From positions 1-48,539 of the forward strand of contig JAISHM010000013.1 in the NCBI GenBank assembly GCA_031262525.1: a DNA stretch of 48,539 nucleotides, given 5' to 3'. A program made the position numbers and the translations under genes. This document shows positions 25,668-35,589 of this stretch, piece by piece (within the stretch, counting starts at the first letter, position 1; each line of letters starts with the position of its first letter). The DNA is from Rickettsiales bacterium. GTDB taxonomy: Bacteria > Pseudomonadota > Alphaproteobacteria > Rs-D84. The notes below the pieces were generated by a model. It was not told the origin of the DNA. It was given only the letters and a program-made list of their open reading frames with translations, and did not search any database.

Positions 25668-26555
25668 CTAACTCTCCCGCGTAATCATATAATCCATCAT
25701 TTCTTTTAGTGTATTGGCCCGCGGTCCAAAAATATCCAGCGCTCGTTTCGCGTCCGCCGCATATTTTGCCGCATATTCGCGCGCCCGTTCCAGACCATAC
25801 AATGAAATATATGTTGCCTTACCCGCGGCGTCATCCTTGTTCAAGGTTTTTCCAACCTTATCCGGATTTCCAACCACATCCAAAATATCATCTGTAATTT
25901 GGAAACACAATCCCATCGCATCTGTAAATTGTTGCAACGCCGTATATTCCGCCGCGCTGACACCGCCAAGTGTCGCCCCAAACAAAGTGCAAGCGTTGAA
26001 CATACAGCCTGTTTTTAGAGACTGAATTGCATTCACCTCTGGCGCGGTTTGGAACTTACCTTTTTCCGCCGCCGTATCCATCCATTCCCCCAGCAACATT
26101 CCATTCGTCATCTCTGACAAAATATGCATCAGTTTCATTCTGATATTCACATCTTTGGATATTTTCGTATCGCTGACCAATGTCATATACGCGTGATTTA
26201 ATAAATAATCCCCACCCAAAATTGCATCACATTCACCAAATTTTGCCCATGCAGATGGCCGCCCACGCCGAATTTTATCGTTGTCAATGCATGGCAAGTC
26301 ATCGTGAATCAGTGAAAAATTATGAACCATTTCAATACACGCACCCGCGCGCAAAGCGCTGCGCGTATCCACGCCAAACAATGCCGCCGTTTCCACACAT
26401 AAAAACGCCCGCAATCTTTTCCCAGCGTCCAGCGCGGCATAACGCCCGACATTCGCCGGCGCACCATCCCAATCCGCCCGCGCAGGCGCCAACATTTCAC
26501 CCAGCACTTTATTTACATCAGCCGCGACCTGCGCTAATCTTTCTTGAAACGACAT
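25668..26555 (-). CDS. ispA: polyprenyl (farnesyl/geranylgeranyl) diphosphate synthase
   Basis: First DDxxD-type motif LIHDDLPCIDNDKIRRG and second motif FQITDDILD. Confidence 0.85.
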   Translation of the reverse strand: MSFQERLAQVAADVNKVLGEMLAPARADWDGAPANVGRYAALDAGKRLRAFLCVETAALFGVDTRSALRAGACIEMVHNFSLIHDDLPCIDNDKIRRGRPSAWAKFGECDAILGGDYLLNHAYMTLVSDTKISKDVNIRMKLMHILSEMTNGMLLGEWMDTAAEKGKFQTAPEVNAIQSLKTGCMFNACTLFGATLGGVSAAEYTALQQFTDAMGLCFQITDDILDVVGNPDKVGKTLNKDDAAGKATYISLYGLERAREYAAKYAADAKRALDIFGPRANTLKEMMDYMITRES

Positions 26556-26575
26556 TTTTTATCCTTTTATAAAAA

Positions 26576-27628
26576 TTATCCAAACACCCGCACCAAATCA
26601 TTCCACATTGTTAAAACAAACAATCCCAAAATTAAAACCCAGCCAAACATTATAACCAAATTCATCGCCCTGCCCTGTAATTTACGACGGATTACAGCCT
26701 CGACCGCCAGAATCAATAAGTATCCCCCGTCCAGCACCGGCAAAGGCAGTAAGTTCACAACCGCCAAATTCACACTTATCAACGCGATAATTGACAAGAA
26801 CGCAAAAATCCCCGCCGATAACGCCGCACCACTATACTGCGCAATCGTAATAAAACTGCCCAGTTGTTTTGATGACCGCTCGCCCGTAATTATCTGCTTT
26901 AACACCACGACCAAGGTTTTACTTTGCACCCATGTTTCGCGCGCCCCAGAATACATCGCCATTACAATATTTTTCCGCTGCATCTGGGTTTTTGTTCCGT
27001 CCGCAATCAGCCCCCATGTTTTATCAGGCGCAATTTTCACAGATAATAAATTATTCCCACGCATTAAAACAACATCTGATGTTTTATTCCCTGCCAACTC
27101 CTTGGCCAAGATAATTTCCGACCAATTTGTAATTTTATCCCCGTCTATTTCAACCACAACATCCTCGGCACGAACGCCCGCGTTATATGCCGGACTGCCC
27201 TGAATCACCTGGGCCACCACAGGTAATTGAACACTGCGCGATTGTGTTGCGAACATCGCCGAATAAATCATCCATGCCAGTAAAAAATTCATCGCTACAC
27301 CAGATGCAATTATTATTGCCTGTTTCCACGCCGGCACCGACAAATAATGACCTTTCTTTTTTGCCTTGCTCAACGCCGCGAATTTTTTGCGGTCAAACAT
27401 ATCTTCCTGGCCATAGATAGAACAATACCCCCCCAGCGGCAAACATGCAATTTTCCAAATCGTTCCGCGCCTGTCCGTCCATTTCACAATCGCCGGTCCA
27501 AACCCAACCGAAAACACATCAACACGAACACCCGCCCAACGCGCCGCCAAAAAGTGTCCCAATTCATGCACAAACACCACAATCCCCAGGACAACCAACA
27601 ATGCAACAATCATCAAAATCGTATTCAT
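26576..27628 (-). CDS. rseP: RIP zinc metalloprotease RseP (M50)
   Basis: HELGHFLAARWAGV, a PDZ-like middle part, and NLLPLPVLDGG. Confidence 0.9.
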   Translation of the reverse strand: MNTILMIVALLVVLGIVVFVHELGHFLAARWAGVRVDVFSVGFGPAIVKWTDRRGTIWKIACLPLGGYCSIYGQEDMFDRKKFAALSKAKKKGHYLSVPAWKQAIIIASGVAMNFLLAWMIYSAMFATQSRSVQLPVVAQVIQGSPAYNAGVRAEDVVVEIDGDKITNWSEIILAKELAGNKTSDVVLMRGNNLLSVKIAPDKTWGLIADGTKTQMQRKNIVMAMYSGARETWVQSKTLVVVLKQIITGERSSKQLGSFITIAQYSGAALSAGIFAFLSIIALISVNLAVVNLLPLPVLDGGYLLILAVEAVIRRKLQGRAMNLVIMFGWVLILGLFVLTMWNDLVRVFG

Positions 27629-27652
27629 TTATTTTTTCCTTACTCTATCTTT

Positions 27653-28282
27653 TTACATTATAATCAACCACATAAGCGGCAGAACAAAAATCCAGCCATC
27701 AAATCTGTCCAAAAATCCGCCAACCCCTGGCAACCAATTTCCATAATCTTTGCCCCCAAATTTCCGTTTCAGCGCGCTGGTCGCCAAATCCCCATACTGG
27801 GACAATAACGACACCGAAATTCCAATCCACAGCAATTGCGGTAAAAACGCACCTGTGCCAACGACCCCATACATAATCGCCGCAAAAGTCCCGCAAATAA
27901 TTCCAGCAATTTGTCCCGACCAAGTTTTTTTCGGCGACACACTTTCCCACATTTTATCGCCCCCAAACAATTTTCCAAAAAACCAAGCGCCCGTATCCGC
28001 ACCAACAATCGCCAACAACAGCAACAACATTACCCATGGGCGCGCGCCTACAAAATATGCCGACGCAACCACAACCAACATCCACAACAACATTATTATA
28101 CGCGATGGCAAAGTATTTTTTTTCTTTGATTTTACAAATAACACCTCGCCCAGCATCAGGACCGCCACCGCAACAGCCGCCCACCTTACCGTTGGCAATC
28201 CAAAGTATTCCCCGACAACCGCGCCCGCGCCAAACAACAACAACGCCGCTGATGTTAAAACTCTTTTTAATGTATCTGACAT
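27653..28282 (-). CDS. cdsA: phosphatidate cytidylyltransferase (short form)
   Basis: Polytopic membrane protein with SALKRKFGGKDYGNWLPGVGGFLDRFD, which matches the CdsA signature. The ATG at 28282 (MSDTLKR) is preferred over the ORF start at 28360. Confidence 0.8.
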   Translation of the reverse strand: MSDTLKRVLTSAALLLFGAGAVVGEYFGLPTVRWAAVAVAVLMLGEVLFVKSKKKNTLPSRIIMLLWMLVVVASAYFVGARPWVMLLLLLAIVGADTGAWFFGKLFGGDKMWESVSPKKTWSGQIAGIICGTFAAIMYGVVGTGAFLPQLLWIGISVSLLSQYGDLATSALKRKFGGKDYGNWLPGVGGFLDRFDGWIFVLPLMWLIIM

Positions 28283-28307
28283 TTTTATTCCTTTTCTTTT
28301 TTGTTTT

Positions 28308-29021
28308 TTATTTTCCAAAATTCCGTTTTCGCGCGTCGTATTCACACAACATTTTATCAAAATCGCGATTATTTAATGCTGGCCAATGTTTTGGATAAAA
28401 CAGCAATTCTGCATACGCCATTTTCCATAACATAAAATTAGATATTCTTTGTTCACGCCCCGAACGCACCACCAGGTCAATCGGCAGCAATTCCCCGCTG
28501 TCAGTAAAATCATTAAAGTCGTCATCACCACCCAACAATTCACCATTTTTTATTGCCACGTTTGCCGCGCGAACAATTTCATCCGTTCCGCCGTAATCCA
28601 GCGCCAAAACGATTGTCCCCGCCGTATTTTCCGCCGTCTGTTTTTCAATTTTCGCCAATAGTTTTTTTACCGCGCCTGAAAATCGGTCACGTCGCCCAAT
28701 AATTTTTACACGGATATTTTTTTCATTTGCGCGGTCCGCATGTTGTCCCAATTCTGTTTCCAATAATTTCATCAGATATTCAACCTCTGCCGCGGGGCGA
28801 TTCCAATTTTCGGTTGAAAATAAAAAGTAAGAAATTGTATTCACACCACGCGAAATAAAATACTCGGCCGTTTTATCAACAATTTCCGCACCAATTTTAT
28901 ATCCCGCCACCGCCGGCAATCCGCGCGCGCGCGCCCAACGCCGATTCCCATCACAAATAAAAGCGATATGACCAGGAACTTTTTTTTGCTCTTTTTTTCT
29001 GAATAATCTGGTTAAAAACAT
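28308..29021 (-). CDS. uppS: undecaprenyl diphosphate synthase
   Basis: HIAFICDGNRRWA, FSTENWNRP and the RISNFMLWKMAYAEL motif. Confidence 0.92.
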   Translation of the reverse strand: MFLTRLFRKKEQKKVPGHIAFICDGNRRWARARGLPAVAGYKIGAEIVDKTAEYFISRGVNTISYFLFSTENWNRPAAEVEYLMKLLETELGQHADRANEKNIRVKIIGRRDRFSGAVKKLLAKIEKQTAENTAGTIVLALDYGGTDEIVRAANVAIKNGELLGGDDDFNDFTDSGELLPIDLVVRSGREQRISNFMLWKMAYAELLFYPKHWPALNNRDFDKMLCEYDARKRNFGK

Positions 29022-29125
29022 TTTTTATTATCCTTTTGATTTCTGATTTTATAGATTAAAATTAAAAAACACAAGCGCTTTTAATACTTGAAACGCAACT
29101 AATAAATTGCTATGGTAGTGCCACT

Positions 29126-31429
29126 ATGAAAAGAATCATTTATTATTTTTGTTTTATATTTATATTCGTAATTGGTACCGCTGATGCGGTCGTTATTTCA
29201 CGCATAGATGTTTCGGGGAATCGCCGTATGGACGCGGAATCTGTGCGATTGTTGAGTGGCGTAAAATCAGGTCAAAATATAACGAACACAGACGCAAACG
29301 ACATTGCAAAAAAGTTGCAACAATCGGGATATTTTTCGTCTGTTTCTGCAACTATCGCTGGGGATACCTTGAAAATTTCCGTGGTTGAATCCGCCGTTAT
29401 TGACCAGATTACGATAGAGGGGAACGACGAAATTTCCACTGACGACCTGAAAAAAGAAATCCGATTAAAACCACGCGAAACATTTGACCCAACCATAATT
29501 GGCGCGGATGTATCGCGAATTTTAACCCTGTATCAACGCAAGGGTTTCTTTGGAACGCGCGTAAATCCACAAAAAATAGATGCGGGCAACGGGCGCATAA
29601 ATGTTGTCTATGAAATTACCGAGGGGCATCCAACATACATCAAAGATATAAAATTCAAGGGCAACAAACATTTTTCATCTCGGACTTTGCGTGGTGAAAT
29701 TATGTCGCGCGAACATGCGTGGTGGAAATTTATGGCGTCCTTTGATGTATATGACGAAGACCGAATTCAATACGATGCACAATTGCTGCGTCAATTTTAT
29801 ATGCGTTCTGGTTATGCCGATGTAATGGTTCGTGTATTAAATGGTTCTTTTTCTGCGAATCGGGAATACTATTCGGTTGTGTTCGGTGTTGATGAGGGCG
29901 CACGCTATGAATTTGGCAAAATAAAAATTACAAATCCTTTTTCAGATGTTGATACCGATGATTTATATGATTCAATAAAATTTAATTCTGGGGATATTTA
30001 TAACACAGATAAAATAGATGAAAGTATTATCGCAATGCGCGGAATTATTGCAGAAGCTGGATATTCATTTATAAACATTGACCCGATGGTTACAAAAAAC
30101 GACCGCACGCGCACAATTGACCTGGACTTTCGGGTTATAAAAACAAACAGAATTTATTTAGATTCTATAAATATCTTGGGAAATGTGCGGACATTTGATT
30201 CGGTTGTTGAACACCAGATGGGGGTTCGCGCGGGCGACCCATTTTCCTTGCAAAATATTGAAACAGGACGACAAAGAATGATGCGTTCGCAATACTATAA
30301 AGATGTCCAGATGGTGCCAACGCGTGTGGCTGGGACGGACCTGATGAATTTAGATGTAAAAATTACAGAACAACCGACGGGGGAATTATCAGGCGGAATT
30401 GGTTGGTCCAGTCTGAATGGTTTTATGATTGACGCAGGCATTACCGAAAATAATTTTATGGGGCGCGGTCAGATTGTGCAATTAAAGGGCTCTATTGCGC
30501 AATACACACGTCAAGTTTTGGCATCTTTTACCGAACCTTATATGTTCGGGCGCGAGTTATCGGGTGGTGTTGATATAAATTACACAATGTATAATTACGG
30601 CAGTTTGGGTGGATACGGATATGACCGGGATAGTGTATCTGTTGCGGGTCGTATGGGTTGGCGGCTGACCGACCACTGGACCCAGGGGATTCGGCTGGCG
30701 GCGATGTTTGACCAAAACTATGACTTGAATTCGGCAGATGGGTGGAAGCGCGCGGATTTATATTCATTCGGCACCAGTTTCAAGTATCATAATTTGGATA
30801 CTGATTTTAAGCAAAATACTCATACCGGTGTGGTTGCGAATTTAGGCGCGACATATACGGGATTTGGCATCAGCACCGAAGAATTTATGCGATATAACGC
30901 TGATATTACGGGGTTGGTAAATTTCTTGGATAATCGGTGGCAACTGCGTTCATCGTTAGAGTTTGGTATGATTCAGACAATGAATGATGATGACTATATC
31001 AGTCGTGTTTATCGTTATTTCCTGGGCGGGGAAAGTTTCCGTGGATTTGATATTGCTGGGGTTGGTTCGCGCAATTGGGCGTATCGTAATTATGCACTGG
31101 GCGGTATGTGGAAGGCGAATGGTTCAACACAATTAAACTTTCCTATATTTATCCCTGATGAGTATCAGGTAAAGGGTTTTATATTTGCAGACTATGGAAT
31201 TTTGGGAAAGCCTCCGTCCCGCGAAAACGAATTTACATTGGAATATCCAAAGGGAACATTTAATACAAGACCGAATTTAATTGACGCGGACCTGCGGACC
31301 AGTGTTGGCGTTGGTGTGTATTGGAATACACCAATGGGACCGATGAACTTTTCATGGGGTTGGCCGCTGCGTCTGAATGAATATGACCGCGAACAAAGAT
31401 TTTTATTATCGTTCGAGACCCAGTTTTAA
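29126..31429 (+). CDS. bamA: outer membrane protein assembly factor BamA
   Basis: 767 aa with a signal peptide and repeated POTRA-like units (I..I.V.GN). The C-terminal barrel ends ...FLLSFETQF. Confidence 0.92.
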   Translation: MKRIIYYFCFIFIFVIGTADAVVISRIDVSGNRRMDAESVRLLSGVKSGQNITNTDANDIAKKLQQSGYFSSVSATIAGDTLKISVVESAVIDQITIEGNDEISTDDLKKEIRLKPRETFDPTIIGADVSRILTLYQRKGFFGTRVNPQKIDAGNGRINVVYEITEGHPTYIKDIKFKGNKHFSSRTLRGEIMSREHAWWKFMASFDVYDEDRIQYDAQLLRQFYMRSGYADVMVRVLNGSFSANREYYSVVFGVDEGARYEFGKIKITNPFSDVDTDDLYDSIKFNSGDIYNTDKIDESIIAMRGIIAEAGYSFINIDPMVTKNDRTRTIDLDFRVIKTNRIYLDSINILGNVRTFDSVVEHQMGVRAGDPFSLQNIETGRQRMMRSQYYKDVQMVPTRVAGTDLMNLDVKITEQPTGELSGGIGWSSLNGFMIDAGITENNFMGRGQIVQLKGSIAQYTRQVLASFTEPYMFGRELSGGVDINYTMYNYGSLGGYGYDRDSVSVAGRMGWRLTDHWTQGIRLAAMFDQNYDLNSADGWKRADLYSFGTSFKYHNLDTDFKQNTHTGVVANLGATYTGFGISTEEFMRYNADITGLVNFLDNRWQLRSSLEFGMIQTMNDDDYISRVYRYFLGGESFRGFDIAGVGSRNWAYRNYALGGMWKANGSTQLNFPIFIPDEYQVKGFIFADYGILGKPPSRENEFTLEYPKGTFNTRPNLIDADLRTSVGVGVYWNTPMGPMNFSWGWPLRLNEYDREQRFLLSFETQF

Positions 31430-31432
31430 TAC

Positions 31433-31462
31433 TTGACGCGTGCTATAAAAATTCTCTATAAT
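31433..31462 (+). promoter_or_regulatory. sigma70-type promoter for the lipoprotein operon
   Basis: TTGACG (31433-31438), an 18-nt spacer, then TATAAT (31457-31462). An AAAGGAGG RBS precedes the TTG start at 31488. Confidence 0.55.
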
Positions 31463-31487
31463 TTCATAGAAAAGAAAGGAGGAAAGG

Positions 31488-31634
31488 TTGAAAAAACTTT
31501 TACTTGGGCTGGTGGTAATTTTTGCATTGGCGGGCTGTGGTCAGATTTATGACCGCGAACCAGTTGGCGTTGGATATGACAATAATGAATTAAAGTTGTC
31601 GCCTTGTGCCTGTATGATGGTTTATCGGGCATAA
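31488..31634 (+). CDS. small lipoprotein, VirB7-like (not in the ORF track, TTG start)
   Basis: LKKLLLGLVVIFALAGCGQIYDREPVGVGYDNNELKLSPCACMMVYRA has a lipobox LAGC. The K.SPCA motif is, as I recall, shared by ComB7/LvhB7-type VirB7 lipoproteins. A strong RBS is present. Confidence 0.5.
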   Translation: MKKLLLGLVVIFALAGCGQIYDREPVGVGYDNNELKLSPCACMMVYRA

Positions 31635-31652
31635 TACCGCACGGGTTATGTA

Positions 31653-32162
31653 ATGAATTTTCCAGCGGATTATAATGTAAAAATGTTCAGTGGGACGCGC
31701 TATTTGGCATTGGCGCGATTGTTTGCGATTATATCTTTGGTTTTATTTTTACTGATTACTGCATTGACGATTGGGACATATTTTTTATCACGAACCCGTG
31801 GGATAACGCCAGTTTTAATATCTGTATCAAACGATGGGGCGACATGGTCGGCGGTATTACAATCTGACCAGGATAAAATAACAATTCCGGCATGGCGCGC
31901 AATGACCGAATCGGTTTTATTAAATGACCTGGATACGCGGGCACGGGACCAAGATTGGGACATTACTCGCGCCAGTATTCGTATCACTCCGGTTGGAATA
32001 GCAGGGGAAACTGATGGGTTGTGGCAAATAACATTTCGCGCACGTGTAAAAAACATTCCGATGAATATCATTGCGTATTCTCATATAACACGCGCGGACA
32101 GCGCGCACGCAGAAACACTGGGGTATTATGTTGATACATTTAACGCGTATCCGGGGGAATAG
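31653..32162 (+). CDS. bitopic membrane protein, VirB8-like (NTF2-like periplasmic domain)
   Basis: 169 aa with one TM segment (LALARLFAIISLVLFLLITALTIGTYF). The C-terminal TLGYYVDTFNAY resembles the NPLGFQV..Y end of VirB8. Confidence 0.35.
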   Translation: MNFPADYNVKMFSGTRYLALARLFAIISLVLFLLITALTIGTYFLSRTRGITPVLISVSNDGATWSAVLQSDQDKITIPAWRAMTESVLLNDLDTRARDQDWDITRASIRITPVGIAGETDGLWQITFRARVKNIPMNIIAYSHITRADSAHAETLGYYVDTFNAYPGE

Positions 32163-32167
32163 AATTT

Positions 32168-32821
32168 ATGCGAATAATTGTTGAATTTTTTATGGGTTTA
32201 ATGTTGTTGGGTTGCTCTGTTGGTATGGCGATTATAGGGGGGCAATTTTTTAATACCAGCGAACAAATCTCCGTGAATGCTGTTATATTACAGCCGGGGG
32301 ATTTATCCCGCGATAGACTGCCCACGCCTGTTTCATTGGATAAAATTGACGATGATTTTATCCGCGAAAATTTGATTAAAAAATTTGTTTATGAATACTT
32401 TTATGCGGTCCCGGATACAGAAAATATAACACAAAGAATGCGGGGTGATGGGACACTGGCGCGAATGTGTAATTCCGAAGTTTTTTCACAATGGCTCAAA
32501 AATACTGCGCCAAAAATCCAAGAATTATCATCTGGTAATATCTTGCGACACATTCATATAAATTCTGTATCGCTGCCAGCGGATAGTATTTACTATGTTA
32601 TAGATTATGACATTGAAACATTCAGTGCGTCAAATGATGTCTTGCGTGCGCCGTATGTTATGCGCAATAATATAATGACATTAAACATTTCGTATGAACA
32701 TGGAATTATTGAAAAATTTGCAAATGGGACAGAGTTTGATGTTAAACAATATCTGGAAAATGGTGGCGACCCTGCAAACATTTTCAAGTTTCGTGTGAAT
32801 GAGGTCAGAATTAACGAATGA
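32168..32821 (+). CDS. membrane-anchored VirB8-like protein
   Basis: 217 aa with an N-terminal TM segment. DDDFIRENLIKKFVYEYFYAV parallels the VirB8 ...kyfv..YV..RE.Y segment. Also present are SEVFSQW, INSVSL...YYVIDYDI, LNISYEH and GDPANIFKFRVNEVRINE. Confidence 0.45.
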   Translation: MRIIVEFFMGLMLLGCSVGMAIIGGQFFNTSEQISVNAVILQPGDLSRDRLPTPVSLDKIDDDFIRENLIKKFVYEYFYAVPDTENITQRMRGDGTLARMCNSEVFSQWLKNTAPKIQELSSGNILRHIHINSVSLPADSIYYVIDYDIETFSASNDVLRAPYVMRNNIMTLNISYEHGIIEKFANGTEFDVKQYLENGGDPANIFKFRVNEVRINE

Positions 32822-33642
32822 TAAAAAATTGGAAAAAACTTTTTATCGTATGTACTTTGGTTGGCGTCTGTTTTTGCGTGCCGGCATTTGCCGAAGAAAC
32901 CGACCCATTTATAATAAATGCGGCGCTGGGCGCGGACGCGGCGTTACCCAATGCGACCATATCCACCGCGAAAGAAATAGAATTTAACACAACTCCGCTG
33001 ATGTTAAACGGGGGCGCATCTTTTTACGATGTTACAGATTTTGATATTGCGGGGGTGTATGTCGGAATGCCGTTTGAAGATGTCCAGACTTTGTTTTTTG
33101 AAAATGCGTCCTTGTATGAACCGCGCGAGAAAAATTCTATAACTTATACGATGACGACCGAGTGGCGATATAACCTGGACTATGAATGTCGCGAACAAGG
33201 AATTATTATTCCAGATGAACTGGAAAAATGTATTTTATCTGCTGCGCGGACGCAGGGGCTGTTATATCCATCAGAATTACATCTGGTTCGGACCGAGACG
33301 GGGGAAACGATTGACCTGTATTTTACCAGCAATGCGACCGACAATGTTGTTTGGCGCGTTGTATATCAAAATGATGTAAATGAATTACCGGGGGATGCGG
33401 AAAAATTTGCGGCACAACGTGATAATAAGATTATGGTATTCTGGCAGGGTGTGGTTGAAAAATTTGGTAACCCAAACAGCGGGAACGACAAATGGATTTC
33501 CAGCGACAATGCCTTTGACCCAATGATGACGGCGTATTATGGAATGTTGGATTTGGTGAATCAGGGTTTGGCGGCGGCGGACGCGACAAAAAATATAAAC
33601 GATGCACGGGAAAATTTTCGGGCAAAACCTTATGCTTTTTAA
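32818..33642 (+). CDS. secreted hypothetical protein
   Basis: 274 aa with signal peptide LFIVCTLVGVCFCVPAFA. The start overlaps the upstream stop (ATGA). Confidence 0.5.
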   Translation: MIKNWKKLFIVCTLVGVCFCVPAFAEETDPFIINAALGADAALPNATISTAKEIEFNTTPLMLNGGASFYDVTDFDIAGVYVGMPFEDVQTLFFENASLYEPREKNSITYTMTTEWRYNLDYECREQGIIIPDELEKCILSAARTQGLLYPSELHLVRTETGETIDLYFTSNATDNVVWRVVYQNDVNELPGDAEKFAAQRDNKIMVFWQGVVEKFGNPNSGNDKWISSDNAFDPMMTAYYGMLDLVNQGLAAADATKNINDARENFRAKPYAF

Positions 33643-33985
33643 GAATAGTTATTATTGGGGTTTATGGGCGGAATTTATTGCGCGAATATTTTTGCGTTTT
33701 CGCGGATTTAGAATTGTAAAATCACGATACATTACGGGGAAATTTACGCGGCGCGCAGAAATAGATATAATTGCACGGCGGGGTAATCTGGTCGTTTTCA
33801 TAGAGGTTAAAAATCGCCCCAGTGTATCTGCGGCGTTTGATGCAATCACAATAAATCAGAGGGCGCGTCTGCGCCGTGCAGCGACAACATGGATTGCGCG
33901 CAATGGATGGCGTGGGGACGCGCGCTTTGATGTGATTGTTGTAATTCGTGGCTGGCGTGTAAAATGGTTTAGGAATGCGATATAA
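33632..33985 (+). CDS. yraN: YraN-family (UPF0102) endonuclease-like protein
   Basis: WGLWAEFIARIFLRFRGFRIV...EIDIIARRGNLVVFIEVKNR...RFDVIVV. The ATG at 33632 overlaps the end of the upstream gene. Confidence 0.8.
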   Translation: MLFKNSYYWGLWAEFIARIFLRFRGFRIVKSRYITGKFTRRAEIDIIARRGNLVVFIEVKNRPSVSAAFDAITINQRARLRRAATTWIARNGWRGDARFDVIVVIRGWRVKWFRNAI

Positions 33986-34091
33986 AAAAACCTGAATTTA
34001 TTCCCATACTAAATCAAAAAATTTGTGATATAATATCGTTGTTCTGTAAAAAGCAGTTCATAAAAAACACAATCTGATAAAGGAGAGGATT

Positions 34092-34268
34092 ATGAAAAAA
34101 ATTTTAATGCTGGGGTTATTGGCGATTACATTGGCGGCGTGCGGTTCTCTGCGTTCCACAAATGAAACCTATTATGCAACATTCTTTGGTATTTCCATTG
34201 AAAGCCTGGTCTATGGCGATGGCTTGATTGTTGATAAAGTTGCAAAATTCAACAGCCCACTGAAATAA
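34092..34268 (+). CDS. small lipoprotein (58 aa, not in the ORF track)
   Basis: MKKILMLGLLAITLAACGSLRS... has a lipobox LAAC. There is an AGGAGAGG RBS and an extended -10 (TGTGATATAAT) upstream. Confidence 0.6.
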   Translation: MKKILMLGLLAITLAACGSLRSTNETYYATFFGISIESLVYGDGLIVDKVAKFNSPLK

Positions 34269-34283
34269 TTTATTTTAGTGTGT

Positions 34284-34314
34284 AAAAAACCGCGGGAAAC
34301 CCCGCGGTTTTTTA
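34284..34314. terminator. bidirectional intrinsic terminator
   Basis: A6-CCGCGGG-AAAC-CCCGCGG-T6. Confidence 0.75.
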
Positions 34315-35106
34315 TTTATGATTTTCATTATTTATTATACGTCTGGGATTATTCGGGTGATTGGCTAAATCAAAATACAATTTTTTGGCGCTGTCCGATA
34401 AATGACTAAAAAAATCTGATTTTATATCAAATTTTTTCAGGTTTTTCGCTTTTCTGTGCCGAAAGGACACATCCAATAGATAATCAACGATATGCTTTGT
34501 AATATGGATTCTCTGCATAAATAAGTCTGGGTCCATACTGGATTCAAACATACGAAATTCCAGCGTTCGCGTATTGCTTTTTTGTTTTATTTGTATAACG
34601 TCACCACCAACGCCATGCCGAAATATACTTTTATCTAAACTAAGTTGTCGGAAACCGATTGTATCCAAAATATCACAAAAGCCTAACATTGCGTGAGAAC
34701 AAGTATAATAATCCCACCAGATGGATAAATTGTCGTTTAATTTAATTAAAAACGGATATATAAATTTTACAACATAATCAAATCCTTTGGTCAAAGAATA
34801 ATGGATATGCATACCCGCGGTTTCATCAGGAAAAAGATTATATTTTTGCAAATCGATAAATAAATTGGCAATTTGTGATTTATTATTATTCAATTCGTTA
34901 AATGATAATGGTTTTAATTGTATTTCCCGACCATCGTCTGAACCGATACCAATAGAAGTATCCGACACTATACATTCAATCATATTATATTTTTCGCATA
35001 ATTTATTTTGCAATTCTTTGGAATGTTCATAAATAGATTTATCACGGGATAAATATCCCGCAAATTCCAATTCCACACCAAAAAGTTCTGTTGCACCTTT
35101 TTTCAT
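34312..35106 (-). CDS. putative amidoligase (glutamine-synthetase-like Amidoligase_2 family)
   Basis: The N-terminal FGVELEF motif is typical of this family. AT-rich, in a phage context. Confidence 0.55.
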   Translation of the reverse strand: MKKGATELFGVELEFAGYLSRDKSIYEHSKELQNKLCEKYNMIECIVSDTSIGIGSDDGREIQLKPLSFNELNNNKSQIANLFIDLQKYNLFPDETAGMHIHYSLTKGFDYVVKFIYPFLIKLNDNLSIWWDYYTCSHAMLGFCDILDTIGFRQLSLDKSIFRHGVGGDVIQIKQKSNTRTLEFRMFESSMDPDLFMQRIHITKHIVDYLLDVSFRHRKAKNLKKFDIKSDFFSHLSDSAKKLYFDLANHPNNPRRIINNENHK

Positions 35107-35144
35107 TACAAAAATAATTATACAAATATATAATAATTTGTCAA

Positions 35145-35390
35145 TTATTTTATAACTGCGGTTTTTATCAGGGATAAATCTTCCTTTATCCCATCTATTT
35201 TTAATTGCAATTGCCCGATTCCTGATTCCAAAATTGTGGTCCTGTTTTCCAGCGATGTAATTCGCGCGTCTGATTTTTTAATCTCGTCAATGGCGCTGGC
35301 TTGTTGCGCAACCCACCAGATTACACCACCGACAAAGACAATTAAAAACCACGAATGGCGCAACGCGCCCAGCATCCCATCCTTATCCAT
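35145..35390 (-). CDS. small membrane protein with a coiled-coil tail
   Basis: One TM segment (WFLIVFVGGVIWWVA) followed by a heptad-like segment ITSLENRTTILESGIGQLQLKIDGIKEDL. Confidence 0.45.
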   Translation of the reverse strand: MDKDGMLGALRHSWFLIVFVGGVIWWVAQQASAIDEIKKSDARITSLENRTTILESGIGQLQLKIDGIKEDLSLIKTAVIK

Positions 35391-35589
35391 TTTGTCCCCT
35401 CTTTATCATATTTTCAATTTGATGGACCAGTGCACGGTTTGCCTCTAACCCGCGCAACTGGGCGTCCGATGCGTCCGCCCCCAGAAATCTTTCAATTGTA
35501 ATTTCACGCAGGTGTTCCAGAACCACGGCACCAGCCGAGGTTCCAAAACAACGTGCATAATTTTTCTCGGTTTCTTTTATATTTTTCAT
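35383..35589 (-). CDS. Bbp19-like phage protein
   Basis: 68 aa. FGTSAGAVVLEHLREITIERFLG...LRGLEANRALVHQIENMI resembles the Bbp19 family. The start overlaps the portal stop. Confidence 0.5.
   Translation of the reverse strand: MKNIKETEKNYARCFGTSAGAVVLEHLREITIERFLGADASDAQLRGLEANRALVHQIENMIKRGQNG

Noticed and set aside
26544-28376. Long plus-strand ORFs (219 aa at 26544-27203, 153 aa at 27347-27808, 208 aa at 27750-28376)
   Set aside because: They are antisense to rseP and cdsA, which have clear catalytic motifs. The translations are Pro/Thr/Asn-rich low-complexity sequence with no start context.
31488-33642. A complete type IV secretion system locus
   Set aside because: Only VirB7-like and VirB8-like candidates are present. 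No VirB4/VirB11/VirD4 ATPases and no VirB9/VirB10 genes occur anywhere in the window. It is therefore reported only as an orphan VirB7/B8-like operon.
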